A DNA stretch of 64,000 bases from Patescibacteria group bacterium (lineage in GTDB: Bacteria; Patescibacteriota; Minisyncoccia; Phycocordibacterales; UBA918). The DNA lies in contig JAIELQ010000014.1 of the NCBI GenBank assembly GCA_019752815.1, forward strand, positions 1,035 through 65,034, in the 5' to 3' direction. A program made the translations under genes and the position numbers. The notes under the pieces were generated by a model. The model ran no database searches, was not told the DNA's origin, and saw nothing but the letters and a program-made list of their open reading frames with translations. Of the stretch, positions 8,091 to 17,907 are shown in pieces (the stretch's first letter is position 1; each line of letters begins with the position of its first letter).

Positions 8091-10220
8091 ATGAGTTTTG
8101 ACCCTGAGAAAATTACCTTTTTTGCTAAAACTGATGCCCGTGGGCAGAATTTGTCGTTTGGTATTAAAGCGCGCGATCGCCAGCGCCACATGTATATTGT
8201 GGGTAAAACAGGAATGGGTAAGTCGACTTTGCTCGAGAATATGGCCGTGCAAGACATTCAAAATGGCGAGGGGATGGCCTTTATTGACCCGCACGGTTCG
8301 GCAGCAGAACTATTACTCGAATACATTCCTGAACACCGGATTAATGACGTGATTTATTTTGCACCGTTTGATTTAGAAAACCCAATTTCTTTTAACGTGA
8401 TGGAAGACGTGGGGCATGATAAACGACACTTGGTCGTATCGGGTTTGATGTCGACGTTTAAGAAAATTTGGGTGGATGCTTGGAGTGCACGAATGGAGTA
8501 CATTTTAACCAATGCACTTTTAGTTTTAATTGAGTATCCGGATACGACACTGCTGTCAGTGAATCGCATTTTTAATGATAAAGCCTATCGTACTAAAGTG
8601 GTGGATTACTGTACTGACCCGGCGGTTAAATCGTTTTGGGTAGATGAGTTCGCAAATTACACTGAACGGTTTGCCGCCGAAGCCTTGCCGGCGATTCAAA
8701 ATAAAATTGGACAGTTTACCGGGAACCCACTGATTCGAAATATTATCGGTCAACCAAATTCTAGTTTTGATTTCCGTAAATGTATGGACGAGAAAAAAAT
8801 TGTCATCATGAACCTCTCCAAAGGATTAGTGGGGGAGACAAATGCCAACTTGCTCGGGTCCATGTTGACCACCCGCATTTACTTGGCGGCAATGAGTCGC
8901 GCTGATTTACCATTAGCTCAGATGAAGGTGATGCCGAACTTTTACTTCTACGTCGATGAGTTCCAAAGTTTTGCCAATGCCACCTTTGCGAACATTTTAT
9001 CCGAGGCTCGAAAATATCACCTTAACTTGATTATTGCGCACCAGTATATTGAACAAATGGAAGAGGAGGTGCGTGATGCGGTATTTGGTAACGTGGGAAC
9101 TACCATCTCCTTCCGGGTTGGTCCGTTTGATGCCGAAACACTCGAGACGGTATTCACACCGAGGTTCCTGGCGGCAGATTTAGTGAATCTCGGGTTTGCT
9201 CAAATTTATCTTACCCTGATGATTGATGGTATCGGCTCACAGCCGTTTTCTGCCCGTACCCTTGATCCAATTAAACCCCCGGCAATATCCTACAAAGACA
9301 TGGTGATTGCTGCTTCCCGTCGCAACTTCACCAAACCGCGCCTTGAGGTAGAAAAAATCGTTACCGATTTACACACCCCCGAAAAGATAGAAAAAAAAAG
9401 TCCCGTAGTAAAACCGAACCCGTCACCGAAACCACAAGCGGAAGTAAAGCCTCAGCCGAAGGAAGTATCGACCCCCGCGAACTCCGCTAGTGTAACCCCA
9501 GCTCCAATTTCGCCGCGTAATCCTGAACCGTCACCTCGACCGACCCCGGCCATCGCGCGACCAATTGAGCACAAGCCACGCGAAGACAAGCCAGTCCATA
9601 ACAAACGAGAGGAGCGACCGCAGCCACCAAAACCACGAACCGTACCAGCAGCTGAAGTGAAGCGACCAGCAGCGCCGGCCCCAAAGCCAATACCAAAAGT
9701 TGATGACTTACGTTCGATACTAGCCAAAATTGCCCAGTCTAATCAGGCTGATACTAAAAAGCCTGTTTCAGATAGTCCACAAACGACACCGGCAAAAAAC
9801 AACACGAGCCAATCAACGTTTAAAAAAATAGAGTCCAACATTACGCCACTGCAGGCAGCCTTGTCTGAGTTAAAAAAAGTCGGGAATGGCAATGTACCGC
9901 GCGAGTTGCCGCCCCGACCATTTCCGCTACCTCAGCCACAACCACAACCACAACCACAACCATCAGCCTTTACTCCTACTTCAGTTATTATAAAAACCGA
10001 AGCTGAGAACCTGCATTCGGAAATTGAGAGTGTGTTTGCAAACCTCGATAAACAAGTGCCAGCCAAAAATCAATCACCCACACCAGTTCACACTGAAGTA
10101 CCTCAGGCTGAAATTACACCAACACCAACACCAACACCAACACTAACAAATAATCTTGATAGTAAACAACTAGCAAAAATACTCCGCTCTGGTGCTCCCG
10201 AAAAATCGCCGTTCCGGTAA
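8091..10220 (+). CDS. T4SS coupling-protein-like (VirD4/TraG/TraD-type) P-loop NTPase with a ~300-aa Pro-rich disordered C-terminal tail
   Basis: Walker A YIVGKTGMGKSTLLE and Walker B FYFYVDEFQSF. The IIAHQYIEQMEE block resembles the T4CP HQS(L)xQL motif. The tail contains PEPSPRPTPAIARP, (PQ)n and (TP)n runs. TATACT lies 6 nt before the ATG. Confidence 0.5.
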   Translation: MSFDPEKITFFAKTDARGQNLSFGIKARDRQRHMYIVGKTGMGKSTLLENMAVQDIQNGEGMAFIDPHGSAAELLLEYIPEHRINDVIYFAPFDLENPISFNVMEDVGHDKRHLVVSGLMSTFKKIWVDAWSARMEYILTNALLVLIEYPDTTLLSVNRIFNDKAYRTKVVDYCTDPAVKSFWVDEFANYTERFAAEALPAIQNKIGQFTGNPLIRNIIGQPNSSFDFRKCMDEKKIVIMNLSKGLVGETNANLLGSMLTTRIYLAAMSRADLPLAQMKVMPNFYFYVDEFQSFANATFANILSEARKYHLNLIIAHQYIEQMEEEVRDAVFGNVGTTISFRVGPFDAETLETVFTPRFLAADLVNLGFAQIYLTLMIDGIGSQPFSARTLDPIKPPAISYKDMVIAASRRNFTKPRLEVEKIVTDLHTPEKIEKKSPVVKPNPSPKPQAEVKPQPKEVSTPANSASVTPAPISPRNPEPSPRPTPAIARPIEHKPREDKPVHNKREERPQPPKPRTVPAAEVKRPAAPAPKPIPKVDDLRSILAKIAQSNQADTKKPVSDSPQTTPAKNNTSQSTFKKIESNITPLQAALSELKKVGNGNVPRELPPRPFPLPQPQPQPQPQPSAFTPTSVIIKTEAENLHSEIESVFANLDKQVPAKNQSPTPVHTEVPQAEITPTPTPTPTLTNNLDSKQLAKILRSGAPEKSPFR
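9936..9962 (+). repeat. (CCACAA)4 hexanucleotide microsatellite inside the CDS, encoding (PQ)n
   Basis: Direct reading of ccacaaccacaaccacaaccacaacca. Confidence 0.9.
10116..10145 (+). repeat. (ACACCA)4-5 microsatellite inside the CDS, encoding (TP)n
   Basis: Direct reading of acaccaacaccaacaccaacaccaacacta. Confidence 0.9.
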
Positions 10221-10251
10221 CAAATCTGACACTACATCCGTTATATCCTGT

Positions 10252-10944
10252 ATGACCTCACAATCTCAATCTGATACACCTAAAATTCCAAAAATTATCC
10301 ACTACATCTGGGTGGGCGGTAAACCGTTGTCGCCCTTGGCCGAGCAGTGTTTAGCGAGCTGGAAAAAATATTTACCTGAGTACGAACTACGATTGTGGAA
10401 CGAACTCAACAGCCCGATGGCTCATCCCTATGTGGCTGAAATGTATGATCAAAAAAAATGGGCGTTTGTGTCCGACTATATTCGTTTTTGGGCCCTTAAA
10501 AATGAGGGAGGAATTTACCTCGATACCGATATGGAAATCCTCAAACCCCTGACTTCACTGATTGAGACTGTGAGCGGGGAAGGGTTTGTAGGTACCAGTC
10601 GTAGCGGGCAAATTGAATCAAGTATCATTGGAGCTGTAGCCGGGGCTTCATTTGTGAACGAGGCACTCAAATTTTACGAGACTACCCTCGTTTACTCTAC
10701 CAAAGAAACTTCGCCATTGGTACTTAGCCGAGCTATCAATGTAAACCCTGCTAACGTAACTATTTTTCCCGCCACCCATTTTTTTCCCTGCGAAGAAGGT
10801 GAGTACTGCGGACCAAAGAAACTACAAGGAGCCTACGGCCGCCACCACTGGGCCGAATCCTGGGTACCGTATGCCCGAACGAGAAAGGTGCTACGCCGGG
10901 TTGGCGTTATGGGGTTGCTTAAAAAAATAAAGAATCTATTTTAG
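10252..10944 (+). CDS. glycosyltransferase, GT32-like (DXD sugar-binding region)
   Basis: IPKIIHYIWVGGKPLSP...YELRLWNE...DYIRFWALKNEGGIYLDTDME matches the Gly_transf_sug/OCH1-like signature. The track ORF starts at GTG 10192, overlapping the upstream gene; first ATG at 10252. Confidence 0.6.
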   Translation: MTSQSQSDTPKIPKIIHYIWVGGKPLSPLAEQCLASWKKYLPEYELRLWNELNSPMAHPYVAEMYDQKKWAFVSDYIRFWALKNEGGIYLDTDMEILKPLTSLIETVSGEGFVGTSRSGQIESSIIGAVAGASFVNEALKFYETTLVYSTKETSPLVLSRAINVNPANVTIFPATHFFPCEEGEYCGPKKLQGAYGRHHWAESWVPYARTRKVLRRVGVMGLLKKIKNLF

Positions 10945-10950
10945 TAGTTA

Positions 10951-10983
10951 AAAAATCCTTAGAATTTAATTCTAAGGATTTTT
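10951..10983. terminator. bidirectional rho-independent terminator between convergent genes
   Basis: Perfect 16-bp inverted repeat aaaaatccttagaatt-t-aattctaaggattttt, with an A-run and a T-run on either side. Confidence 0.75.
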
Positions 10984-10985
10984 AA

Positions 10986-11936
10986 TTACATGAACGGACT
11001 GCCTTTAAAGTAATTATTCGAAGCCAGCAGTGCATCAAGCTCTTCTTTGGGCATACAGTGTAATTCAGAGCTGTAACCTTGGGGCGGAAGTGTCACACTG
11101 CCATCAATATTTCGATAGTGGATGGTGTACATTTCATTCTGCGCATCGTAGGAGACGCGATCTGATTCAGCGTACGCAATCATTTGTTCATGAGCTTTTT
11201 CCGAAATACGAGGTTCGCCGATATCAAACTTCAGTCCAAACCGGTCACGGTAAATCTCAAAAATATCAGCAATTTTCATGGCCGGTAATGCCGGTACCAC
11301 ACTCACACCGGTTTGCTGTAATGCATACTCTACACATTCAGCCGCTCGGCCACCCTCAATCATGAATCGGGTCATTTCCGTGCCGTAGAGTTTCAAGGTA
11401 TAACCCTTTTCGATTGAATCCCAAATCAAGGGAATGACCGAACCGGTTGAATTGAATACGTTGCCATAAATTACTGACGATAACCGGGTCGTTTCTTTTT
11501 CGGCATTGATGATAAATAGTTCACCCCCCACAAACTTCATCGCACCATACAGGGTAGTCGCAGCGCGACTTTTATCAGTTGAAATAAAGGTGGCGGCCTT
11601 CATCTTATGTTCCAGTGCTACTCGGCGTGAGTTCACTGCACCAATCACAATCGTATCGATAGCTTCCTCAATGTTTTGGTCAACCGCTTCGATTTGTTTG
11701 AGTGATGCGGCAAAAATTCCAATGGTGTGACCAGCACTGGCTTTGTGTAACCGCTCATAATTTTGTACATTGCCAATTACGCAATTTACTTTGGGAAACT
11801 GTTTTTTTATAAAATAGTGTTTGGCTTCGTCACGGCTGTAGACCGTAATTTCGTTGTCGTCGTAGTAGCGTTTGATGAGGTGCTTTCCTAAAAAACCTGC
11901 TCCGCCTGTGATAAATATTTTTTCGCCTTTGAGCAT
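10986..11936 (-). CDS. NAD-dependent sugar epimerase/dehydratase (CapD/PseB-like UDP-sugar 4,6-dehydratase family)
   Basis: IFITGGAGFLGKHL Rossmann motif, YSRDEAKH, short-chain dehydrogenase/epimerase layout. 316 aa. Confidence 0.65.
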   Translation of the reverse strand: MLKGEKIFITGGAGFLGKHLIKRYYDDNEITVYSRDEAKHYFIKKQFPKVNCVIGNVQNYERLHKASAGHTIGIFAASLKQIEAVDQNIEEAIDTIVIGAVNSRRVALEHKMKAATFISTDKSRAATTLYGAMKFVGGELFIINAEKETTRLSSVIYGNVFNSTGSVIPLIWDSIEKGYTLKLYGTEMTRFMIEGGRAAECVEYALQQTGVSVVPALPAMKIADIFEIYRDRFGLKFDIGEPRISEKAHEQMIAYAESDRVSYDAQNEMYTIHYRNIDGSVTLPPQGYSSELHCMPKEELDALLASNNYFKGSPFM

Positions 11937-11997
11937 AGGAATATGGAATTAAGTAGGGCTAGTATATCACTGAAAACAACGCTTTGCCTAGTCAAAA

Positions 11998-12027
11998 TTG
12001 GCTCTATGAGCCTGGTATATCTATGAT
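11998..12027 (+). promoter_or_regulatory. candidate sigma70-type promoter
   Basis: TTGGCT (11998-12003), 18-nt spacer, TATGAT (12022-12027), immediately upstream of the ATGs at 12028 and 12040. Implies a leaderless or very short leader mRNA. Confidence 0.35.
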
Positions 12028-12039
12028 ATGCTAAACATC

Positions 12040-12984
12040 ATGAGTAGCATCTGTATCACCGGTATAGGAGGATATTTGGGCCTAGCAACGGCCTTTAGAT
12101 TGGTGTCAGAGGGATATTCGGTCGTAGGAATCGGCAGTAATGAACAAGCTGCCGAAAACCTGCCACCGGGGGTAGTCTATGCCGGAATTGATATTCGTGA
12201 TCCAGAAGCTCTGGCACAGTTTTTCACTGCTCATCAGGTGACCACGGTCTATCATTTTGCCGCCATTAAATATGTAGGCCAGTGTGAAGCAGATCCGGTA
12301 CTGTGTTATGACATAAACACTAACGGAACAAAAGCGGTGTTGGCAGCAATGAAAACTGCAGCCGTACCGAAAATTATCTACGCCTCAACTTATGCCGTCT
12401 ACGATTGGTCCGGAGACACTATTACGCTCACGGAAAAATCGAGCACCAACCCAGCTACGGTGTATGGCAAATCAAAATTACAAAGCGAACAAATGATTGC
12501 TGAGGCACATACAGCGGGAGAAATTTCCCGGTACCATATTCTCCGGTATGGAAACATTGTAGGGGCGGTACCAGAATTACCTACCCACACTCCACAAAGT
12601 TTTCTCGATAAGATGCTCGTTGCCACAAAAACTGGCGAGACTATCTCACTTACTGGTGGCGATTACACAACTGTCGACGGCACAGTCGCGCGAGATTTTA
12701 TTGATATACGAGATGCGGCTGCCGCCAATGTTCAGGTGCTGTCTCATCCCGAATCAGGAATCTATAACGTCTCCTCATATAGGGCGACAACACTGAAACA
12801 GCTTATGCAGTTGTGCGAGACAGTAACTGGCACAAAAATTTCTGTAACGATTAATCCAAAAATAGGGAATGAACCGTCTTCAATTACTATAGACAATACG
12901 CAACTTATAACGACGTTAGGATTTCAACCGAAGTATTCTCTCATTGAAACTATAGAAGCACTCGCACAAAAGCTAACGAGCTAA
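12040..12984 (+). CDS. NAD-dependent epimerase/dehydratase family protein
   Basis: ICITGIGGYLGLATAFRL Rossmann motif, YxxxK region (YGKSKLQSE). Alternative start at ATG 12028. The 3' end overlaps the convergent gene by 12 nt. Confidence 0.65.
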   Translation: MSSICITGIGGYLGLATAFRLVSEGYSVVGIGSNEQAAENLPPGVVYAGIDIRDPEALAQFFTAHQVTTVYHFAAIKYVGQCEADPVLCYDINTNGTKAVLAAMKTAAVPKIIYASTYAVYDWSGDTITLTEKSSTNPATVYGKSKLQSEQMIAEAHTAGEISRYHILRYGNIVGAVPELPTHTPQSFLDKMLVATKTGETISLTGGDYTTVDGTVARDFIDIRDAAAANVQVLSHPESGIYNVSSYRATTLKQLMQLCETVTGTKISVTINPKIGNEPSSITIDNTQLITTLGFQPKYSLIETIEALAQKLTS

Positions 12985-13797
12985 GGAGCCAATTTCTTTG
13001 GCTGCTAAATCAAAAAATTGCCCTGTGTCCCAGGCGGTGTAGCCTAATACGGCAAGGTCATACACCATGACTTTAGCGGCTTCAGCTGCGGAAATCATAA
13101 ACAGTACTTCATTCGCTGGTAGATTTTTCTCTGTCACGACAGCTAATCCTTTTTGGGTTAACTCCTCGTATACTTGCCAGGCATCTGAAGACGGCCCCTC
13201 AATTAAAGTGGTGGATTTACCAAGTTTGATATCGGTAAATCGTTCGATATTAGAAGTGATGATTATGATGTGTTTGGTATCGAGGTAATTTTTAATCGCT
13301 GCAAAATCGATGTGAGGATTGTATTTAGGGTGAAATGCAAGGGCGTCACCGTACTGCTTGTCTGTCCGTAAAAATTTTTTAAGGATAACTTTAGCGGCAA
13401 TCCAAATAGGCCATTCATGAGCAATACCTTCATGTATAAATTGCTCATTAGATTTTGTAATGAAGGTGTGCGGAAAACAAAAAAGTGTATTACTGTCTTG
13501 ACCGTCTTTTAAAACCGTCTCAAGTTTTTTAGCAAATGCTCGATTGTAACGAAATTGCCAGTTATTAAAATAAATACTAGAACCAAACAAGTACCCAAAG
13601 GTACCATCACCAATTCGAATAATTGAACGATCTGTTTCTGTGATGGCGGTAATAGTTTGGGCACCAGATAAAAATTTATAGTTCAAATAGTCTTTGCTCT
13701 TGGTATCAGCAATGTGTCTCCAGTATAAATTGGTACGCAAAAATGTCAGTATTAAAATAGGATTATCAAGAAATTTTTTGACACGTTGTCTCCACAT
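12973..13797 (-). CDS. hypothetical protein, possibly a GT-D (DUF1792-like) glycosyltransferase
   Basis: 274 aa, last gene of the - strand glycan operon. IRIGDGTFGY resembles the GDGE-type motif of DUF1792 proteins. Weak support. Confidence 0.3.
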   Translation of the reverse strand: MWRQRVKKFLDNPILILTFLRTNLYWRHIADTKSKDYLNYKFLSGAQTITAITETDRSIIRIGDGTFGYLFGSSIYFNNWQFRYNRAFAKKLETVLKDGQDSNTLFCFPHTFITKSNEQFIHEGIAHEWPIWIAAKVILKKFLRTDKQYGDALAFHPKYNPHIDFAAIKNYLDTKHIIIITSNIERFTDIKLGKSTTLIEGPSSDAWQVYEELTQKGLAVVTEKNLPANEVLFMISAAEAAKVMVYDLAVLGYTAWDTGQFFDLAAKEIGSLAR

Positions 13798-13808
13798 AAC
13801 AAGTAACT

Positions 13809-14630
13809 CTATGACTTTTTTATAAATAAATGATCGTGATGTGAAGTTTTCTCAAGTTTGAAATTATACGCTGAGACTAATTGATTGACATCATCTGGAG
13901 TACTACTTTCAATCATGAGACATGATCCCGGCAACATGTTTGTTAACGTACGCGACATTCCTGCTAGTACCTCTAATTCAAAACCCTCGGTATCAATTTT
14001 TATAAAACTAATTTTTGAGGCTTTATCAATTGAAACCACGTCATCAAATACCCTAACAGGCACCTGCAGAATATTATCGCTTTGAATATCGACAATACGG
14101 CCGCCTCCCTTATGTAACGGGTCGCAGGTAAAAGAAACAGTGCTGGTATTGCTTCCTAAGGCATAGTCATGCACGGTAATTTTTTGCGTTAGATTATTTA
14201 AGGAAATATTCTCTCTAAGAATATGCACTACTTCTGGATTTGGTTCGAAGGCTATGACTTCAGCGTATGAATATCTAGTTGGGGCGATAATTGAATACAA
14301 ACCCCGATTGGCTCCAATATCAACAAATACATCTTGAGTTGTTGGGGTAGTAAGCCAGTCTCGAAGGTGTTCTTCAAAATAATCAGAACAGATAGTAGTA
14401 CTGTCATCAAAAGCTTCGACTGCAAAAATCCCAGTTTTGTTTTTAATAATAAATTTATTTTTGGGAAGGCGTGCCACAAGCATGTGAATGGCCGTATCTA
14501 ACATACTGCTTGTGCGCTGTAACAATGAGAAAAGCTTTGTGAGCCAAAACGTTAAAAAAAATGCTGTACGTGAACCGTCAAGAAGTTCCGTAGCTGAATA
14601 TGATTCCTGCAAAACTGATAATTTATTCAT
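13809..14630 (-). CDS. FkbM-family SAM-dependent methyltransferase
   Basis: VDIGANRGLYS...FEPNPEV...IKIDTEGFELEVLAGM (FkbM domain). Start chosen at MNKLSV, 7 nt downstream of the preceding gene's stop; the track ORF is longer (to 14723). Confidence 0.65.
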   Translation of the reverse strand: MNKLSVLQESYSATELLDGSRTAFFLTFWLTKLFSLLQRTSSMLDTAIHMLVARLPKNKFIIKNKTGIFAVEAFDDSTTICSDYFEEHLRDWLTTPTTQDVFVDIGANRGLYSIIAPTRYSYAEVIAFEPNPEVVHILRENISLNNLTQKITVHDYALGSNTSTVSFTCDPLHKGGGRIVDIQSDNILQVPVRVFDDVVSIDKASKISFIKIDTEGFELEVLAGMSRTLTNMLPGSCLMIESSTPDDVNQLVSAYNFKLEKTSHHDHLFIKKS

Positions 14631-14637
14631 AAATTTT

Positions 14638-15402
14638 TTACTTAATAAAGGCTCGGATGATACGCATTTTAACATACAGCCAAAAAAGTGGAGATAAGTA
14701 CAAATTACGTCCTGATGCCTCACGAATAATCGTGGGAATTAGTCGTAACTGATCACTGGTGGAGCGGGTGCGGAGATTTAGTCCCGTAGCGTCGTAGCCG
14801 CTAGTTAGAGTGGTAACAATTGGTTCGTAATAAAAACGAGTATATGTGCCCAGTTCAGCGTAGAATAACCACTCCTCGGCTTGTTTAATGGTGGTAGGGA
14901 AGCGAAGTTTGTGGGTGTCTTTTGTAAGGAGTGACGCGTTAACGCAGTGAGTGGCATCACCTTTGAACCGTCGAGTGATTAAATAATCCCAAATGTATGA
15001 GTACATTTTTTTACTTTCACCAGTGGTAGTTGGGGTAGATTCGTTAGTGCCCCGGGCAGTTACTATCCAGGGTGATGGAGAAGTAGCAATGAGTGCAGTC
15101 AGTTTCGCGAGGGCTTCTGGCGCAAGTGTGTCATCGTCATCAAGAAAAATCACCCAGACACTCTGGCTCGAAACTTTCTCTAGTCCGCGGTTGCGACTGT
15201 AGTTCACTCCTCGATTTGAATCATTTTCTAAAATATGAATCCGACTATCATAAAAAGCTTTAATAGCTTCGGTTGCCCCATCACCTGGATTGTCATTAAC
15301 AATAATCATCTCCCAGTCAGGTACCGATTGAGCTATGACTGACTGTACCGCTCGCATCAATTCACTAGGTCGTTTATAGGTAGGAGTAATGATGGTAAAC
15401 AT
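14638..15402 (-). CDS. glycosyltransferase family 2
   Basis: MFTIITPTYKRPSEL...VIFLDDDDTL (GT2 DxD). Confidence 0.8.
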   Translation of the reverse strand: MFTIITPTYKRPSELMRAVQSVIAQSVPDWEMIIVNDNPGDGATEAIKAFYDSRIHILENDSNRGVNYSRNRGLEKVSSQSVWVIFLDDDDTLAPEALAKLTALIATSPSPWIVTARGTNESTPTTTGESKKMYSYIWDYLITRRFKGDATHCVNASLLTKDTHKLRFPTTIKQAEEWLFYAELGTYTRFYYEPIVTTLTSGYDATGLNLRTRSTSDQLRLIPTIIREASGRNLYLSPLFWLYVKMRIIRAFIK

Positions 15403-15502
15403 AGAAAGGTGATAGAGGAATAGATTTGCATTTATCGCAGAAGTTATGCAGATTGTAAGTAAAGCTTCTGTGCAAGTTTGGTCATGTCACGTAGGTTATA
15501 TT

Positions 15503-16192
15503 TTACTCTTTGGAAAAGTTCCCTGCACTTTTCTCGCCCCAGATACCCATGTAATAATCCCCCTGATCATGTTTAGTGCCGCCAAAGGTGAGTGTCCATT
15601 CGGGGAATTGAGATTGCCACCAGGCTTTGGATCTGATGTGCCACATGCGTTGATGCCACGGTTTTTTCTCACTCCAACACTCAGAAAATGCTAGTACTGA
15701 TCCAGCGGGTGCGACTGCACAAATAGCCCGGCATATTTTTTCTACCTCTTTATCGCGCAGGTGACTCAGAACGCAGCCGGTGATAAATATTGCTGGTTCA
15801 GTCAGTCTAAGCGTAGGAAGTAACTCCTCAGCAAAGCCTTGGTGCCACGTAATATTCGGGTAGGATTCAGCAGGGTAGGCACGTTTAGAGATATCAATCG
15901 CAGCTGCTGAAGGTTCAAGTGCAATGACGTTTAGACCAAGAGAATGGACTGAAGCTGCTACCCAGCCAGTACCACTGCCAATATCAACAGCGGTTTTTAC
16001 ATTAGGATGTTTAGCGAGTAGGTCGCGAATGCCGAAATCAGGCCAGTTGATACGATCTTCTTGAATGTTCTTGTAGCCAGCATCACGATCTTGTTCGAAT
16101 TTTCCTGGAGCTTCGTATTGCGCATTGTGTCGTTTAAAACTCTCTTCCTGACCTTGAATAAATGTGCTAAGTGCTTTAAGAATTTTTTTCAT
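15503..16192 (-). CDS. class I SAM-dependent methyltransferase
   Basis: VDIGSGTGWVAASV motif I, Methyltransf_11/12-like. Confidence 0.6.
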   Translation of the reverse strand: MKKILKALSTFIQGQEESFKRHNAQYEAPGKFEQDRDAGYKNIQEDRINWPDFGIRDLLAKHPNVKTAVDIGSGTGWVAASVHSLGLNVIALEPSAAAIDISKRAYPAESYPNITWHQGFAEELLPTLRLTEPAIFITGCVLSHLRDKEVEKICRAICAVAPAGSVLAFSECWSEKKPWHQRMWHIRSKAWWQSQFPEWTLTFGGTKHDQGDYYMGIWGEKSAGNFSKE

Positions 16193-16200
16193 AATTATGT

Positions 16201-17907
16201 TTACTTACCCAGCCAAAAACGAACCTGCCGGTAGATTGCTTTGGCTACAATACGAATATTTTGTGTGTAATGTAGCTTATATAATACACGTCTTAGAGGA
16301 TGGGGGAATGGATTTGCTACCACATCGATATAAATTTCCTCAAAGCGTTTAATTTGATTAGTGAGCTCATAGTGATCAGTAAAGCGTTGGCGGGCATTTT
16401 GTGACGTTTCTGTATAGTATGTTGTGTCCTGCCTCAGTTTCGTTAACTCGGCTGCGTACTCATCAATGGTTTTGAGCACCTTACCACCGGTACCAATACA
16501 TTCAATGTGGCCATTATTTATTTCGGATACGTGACTCACAATTGGTAGTCCAAAATACATTCCTTCAGCCATAGCCTGAGAGTTTACTTCACCATCCTTG
16601 CGGCCATGTGCGTACACATTAAGCGTAGATAAGAATTTAAAAATAATTTCTGAATCTCCAGTTGTTGGTAGGAACGTAATATTTTTTATGCCAAGTTCCA
16701 ACGCTTGTTTTTGGTAGAGGGTACTTCCTCCGAGCATAATGAACCAGGTATTCTCATTTTCAATTTTTTTGTAGGCTGCTAATGGAAAGGGGGAGAAAAT
16801 ACTATCAGAAGCTCGTTGGTGCATACCGTATATAAATTTGTTATCAAGCGATAACTCAGATCGATAGGTACCGTAATCTCGTGTTTCGATATCAATAGGC
16901 AGAGAAATAATCCGAACTCGTTTGCTATCACCACCACTTTTTATCCATTGATCGGCACTCCACTGGCATATGTGCAGTGATCGCGCAATATTGTATTGGT
17001 TATCGCAACCAGCTTTAAGGGCGATAATTTCGAGGATAGGTGTGCGTTTGATTTTTGTGAATGGGTATTCAGGGTGTCCCGGGCGACCAGTCTGAATAAC
17101 GTCGTATTTTGTTTCGTCAAATTTTTCCCAAAAATCTGTACCGTGCCATGTCTGATACGGGTTAACCATATTTACTTCCCCTACGGTAAAGGGAACAAGA
17201 TTAACATTGTGCGCCTTCATGTATGCAAGCCGGAAAGGGTCAGTATCTGGGTAGTTATATGTAATGCCTCGAAACGGGCTGGCATTACAATAATAGTAGT
17301 CCACATCAAAACGGGTTTTGTCTAAATTAGCAGCAATGATCTGCAACATTTTTTCAGTTCCTCCGGCAGACATTCCACCATATTTCACAAACGCGATTTT
17401 AATTTTAGATGGTGTGTACTGGGTAAGTACTTCTTCGGGGTGGTCAGTGCTAATTAAAATAGTTTGCGCCAGCCCAAATTTCCTACCGGCATCAATATCT
17501 GTTTGACTATCACCAATGAGTATTGATCGTGCAGTATCAATAGGATACTTTGCGGCTGCTTGGCGCAATAGCCCGTCATTGGGTTTTCGGCAATCACACG
17601 TTCCATCTAAATGTGGGCAATAGAATACATCAAGAATAGTTATTCCGTGCTCTTTTAATCCAGTAATCATATGATCGTGAATGGCTGTAAGAGATGCTAA
17701 CGTCATTTTTCCACGAGCCACTCCTTGCTGATTTGTAACTACGATAAACTCAAACCCATCACGAGCAAGAGTTTTTAGTACATTAAATATTCCTTGATTA
17801 AAGACAAAATCACTAACAGAGGTTATGTACTCATGTGGGGGAGCATTGACGTTAATTACTCCATCACGGTCCAAAAAAGCAATTTTTTTAACCCTGACGT
17901 TTTTCAT
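16201..17907 (-). CDS. gmhB: bifunctional fusion: D,D-heptose 1,7-bisphosphate phosphatase (GmhB, HAD) plus GT-B (GT4-like) glycosyltransferase
   Basis: N-terminus: FLDRDGVINV, CDCRKPNDGLL and GDSQTDIDAG (GmhB signatures). C-terminus: YAHGRKDGEVNSQAMAEGMYFGLPIVS (GT4 EX7E region). 568 aa. Confidence 0.7.
   Translation of the reverse strand: MKNVRVKKIAFLDRDGVINVNAPPHEYITSVSDFVFNQGIFNVLKTLARDGFEFIVVTNQQGVARGKMTLASLTAIHDHMITGLKEHGITILDVFYCPHLDGTCDCRKPNDGLLRQAAAKYPIDTARSILIGDSQTDIDAGRKFGLAQTILISTDHPEEVLTQYTPSKIKIAFVKYGGMSAGGTEKMLQIIAANLDKTRFDVDYYYCNASPFRGITYNYPDTDPFRLAYMKAHNVNLVPFTVGEVNMVNPYQTWHGTDFWEKFDETKYDVIQTGRPGHPEYPFTKIKRTPILEIIALKAGCDNQYNIARSLHICQWSADQWIKSGGDSKRVRIISLPIDIETRDYGTYRSELSLDNKFIYGMHQRASDSIFSPFPLAAYKKIENENTWFIMLGGSTLYQKQALELGIKNITFLPTTGDSEIIFKFLSTLNVYAHGRKDGEVNSQAMAEGMYFGLPIVSHVSEINNGHIECIGTGGKVLKTIDEYAAELTKLRQDTTYYTETSQNARQRFTDHYELTNQIKRFEEIYIDVVANPFPHPLRRVLYKLHYTQNIRIVAKAIYRQVRFWLGK

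Noticed and set aside
12973-12984. 12-nt convergent overlap of the epimerase (+) and GT-D-like (-) genes as a possible annotation error
   Set aside because: Both frames are intact with plausible C-termini. Short convergent overlaps occur in compact genomes, so it is not flagged beyond a note.
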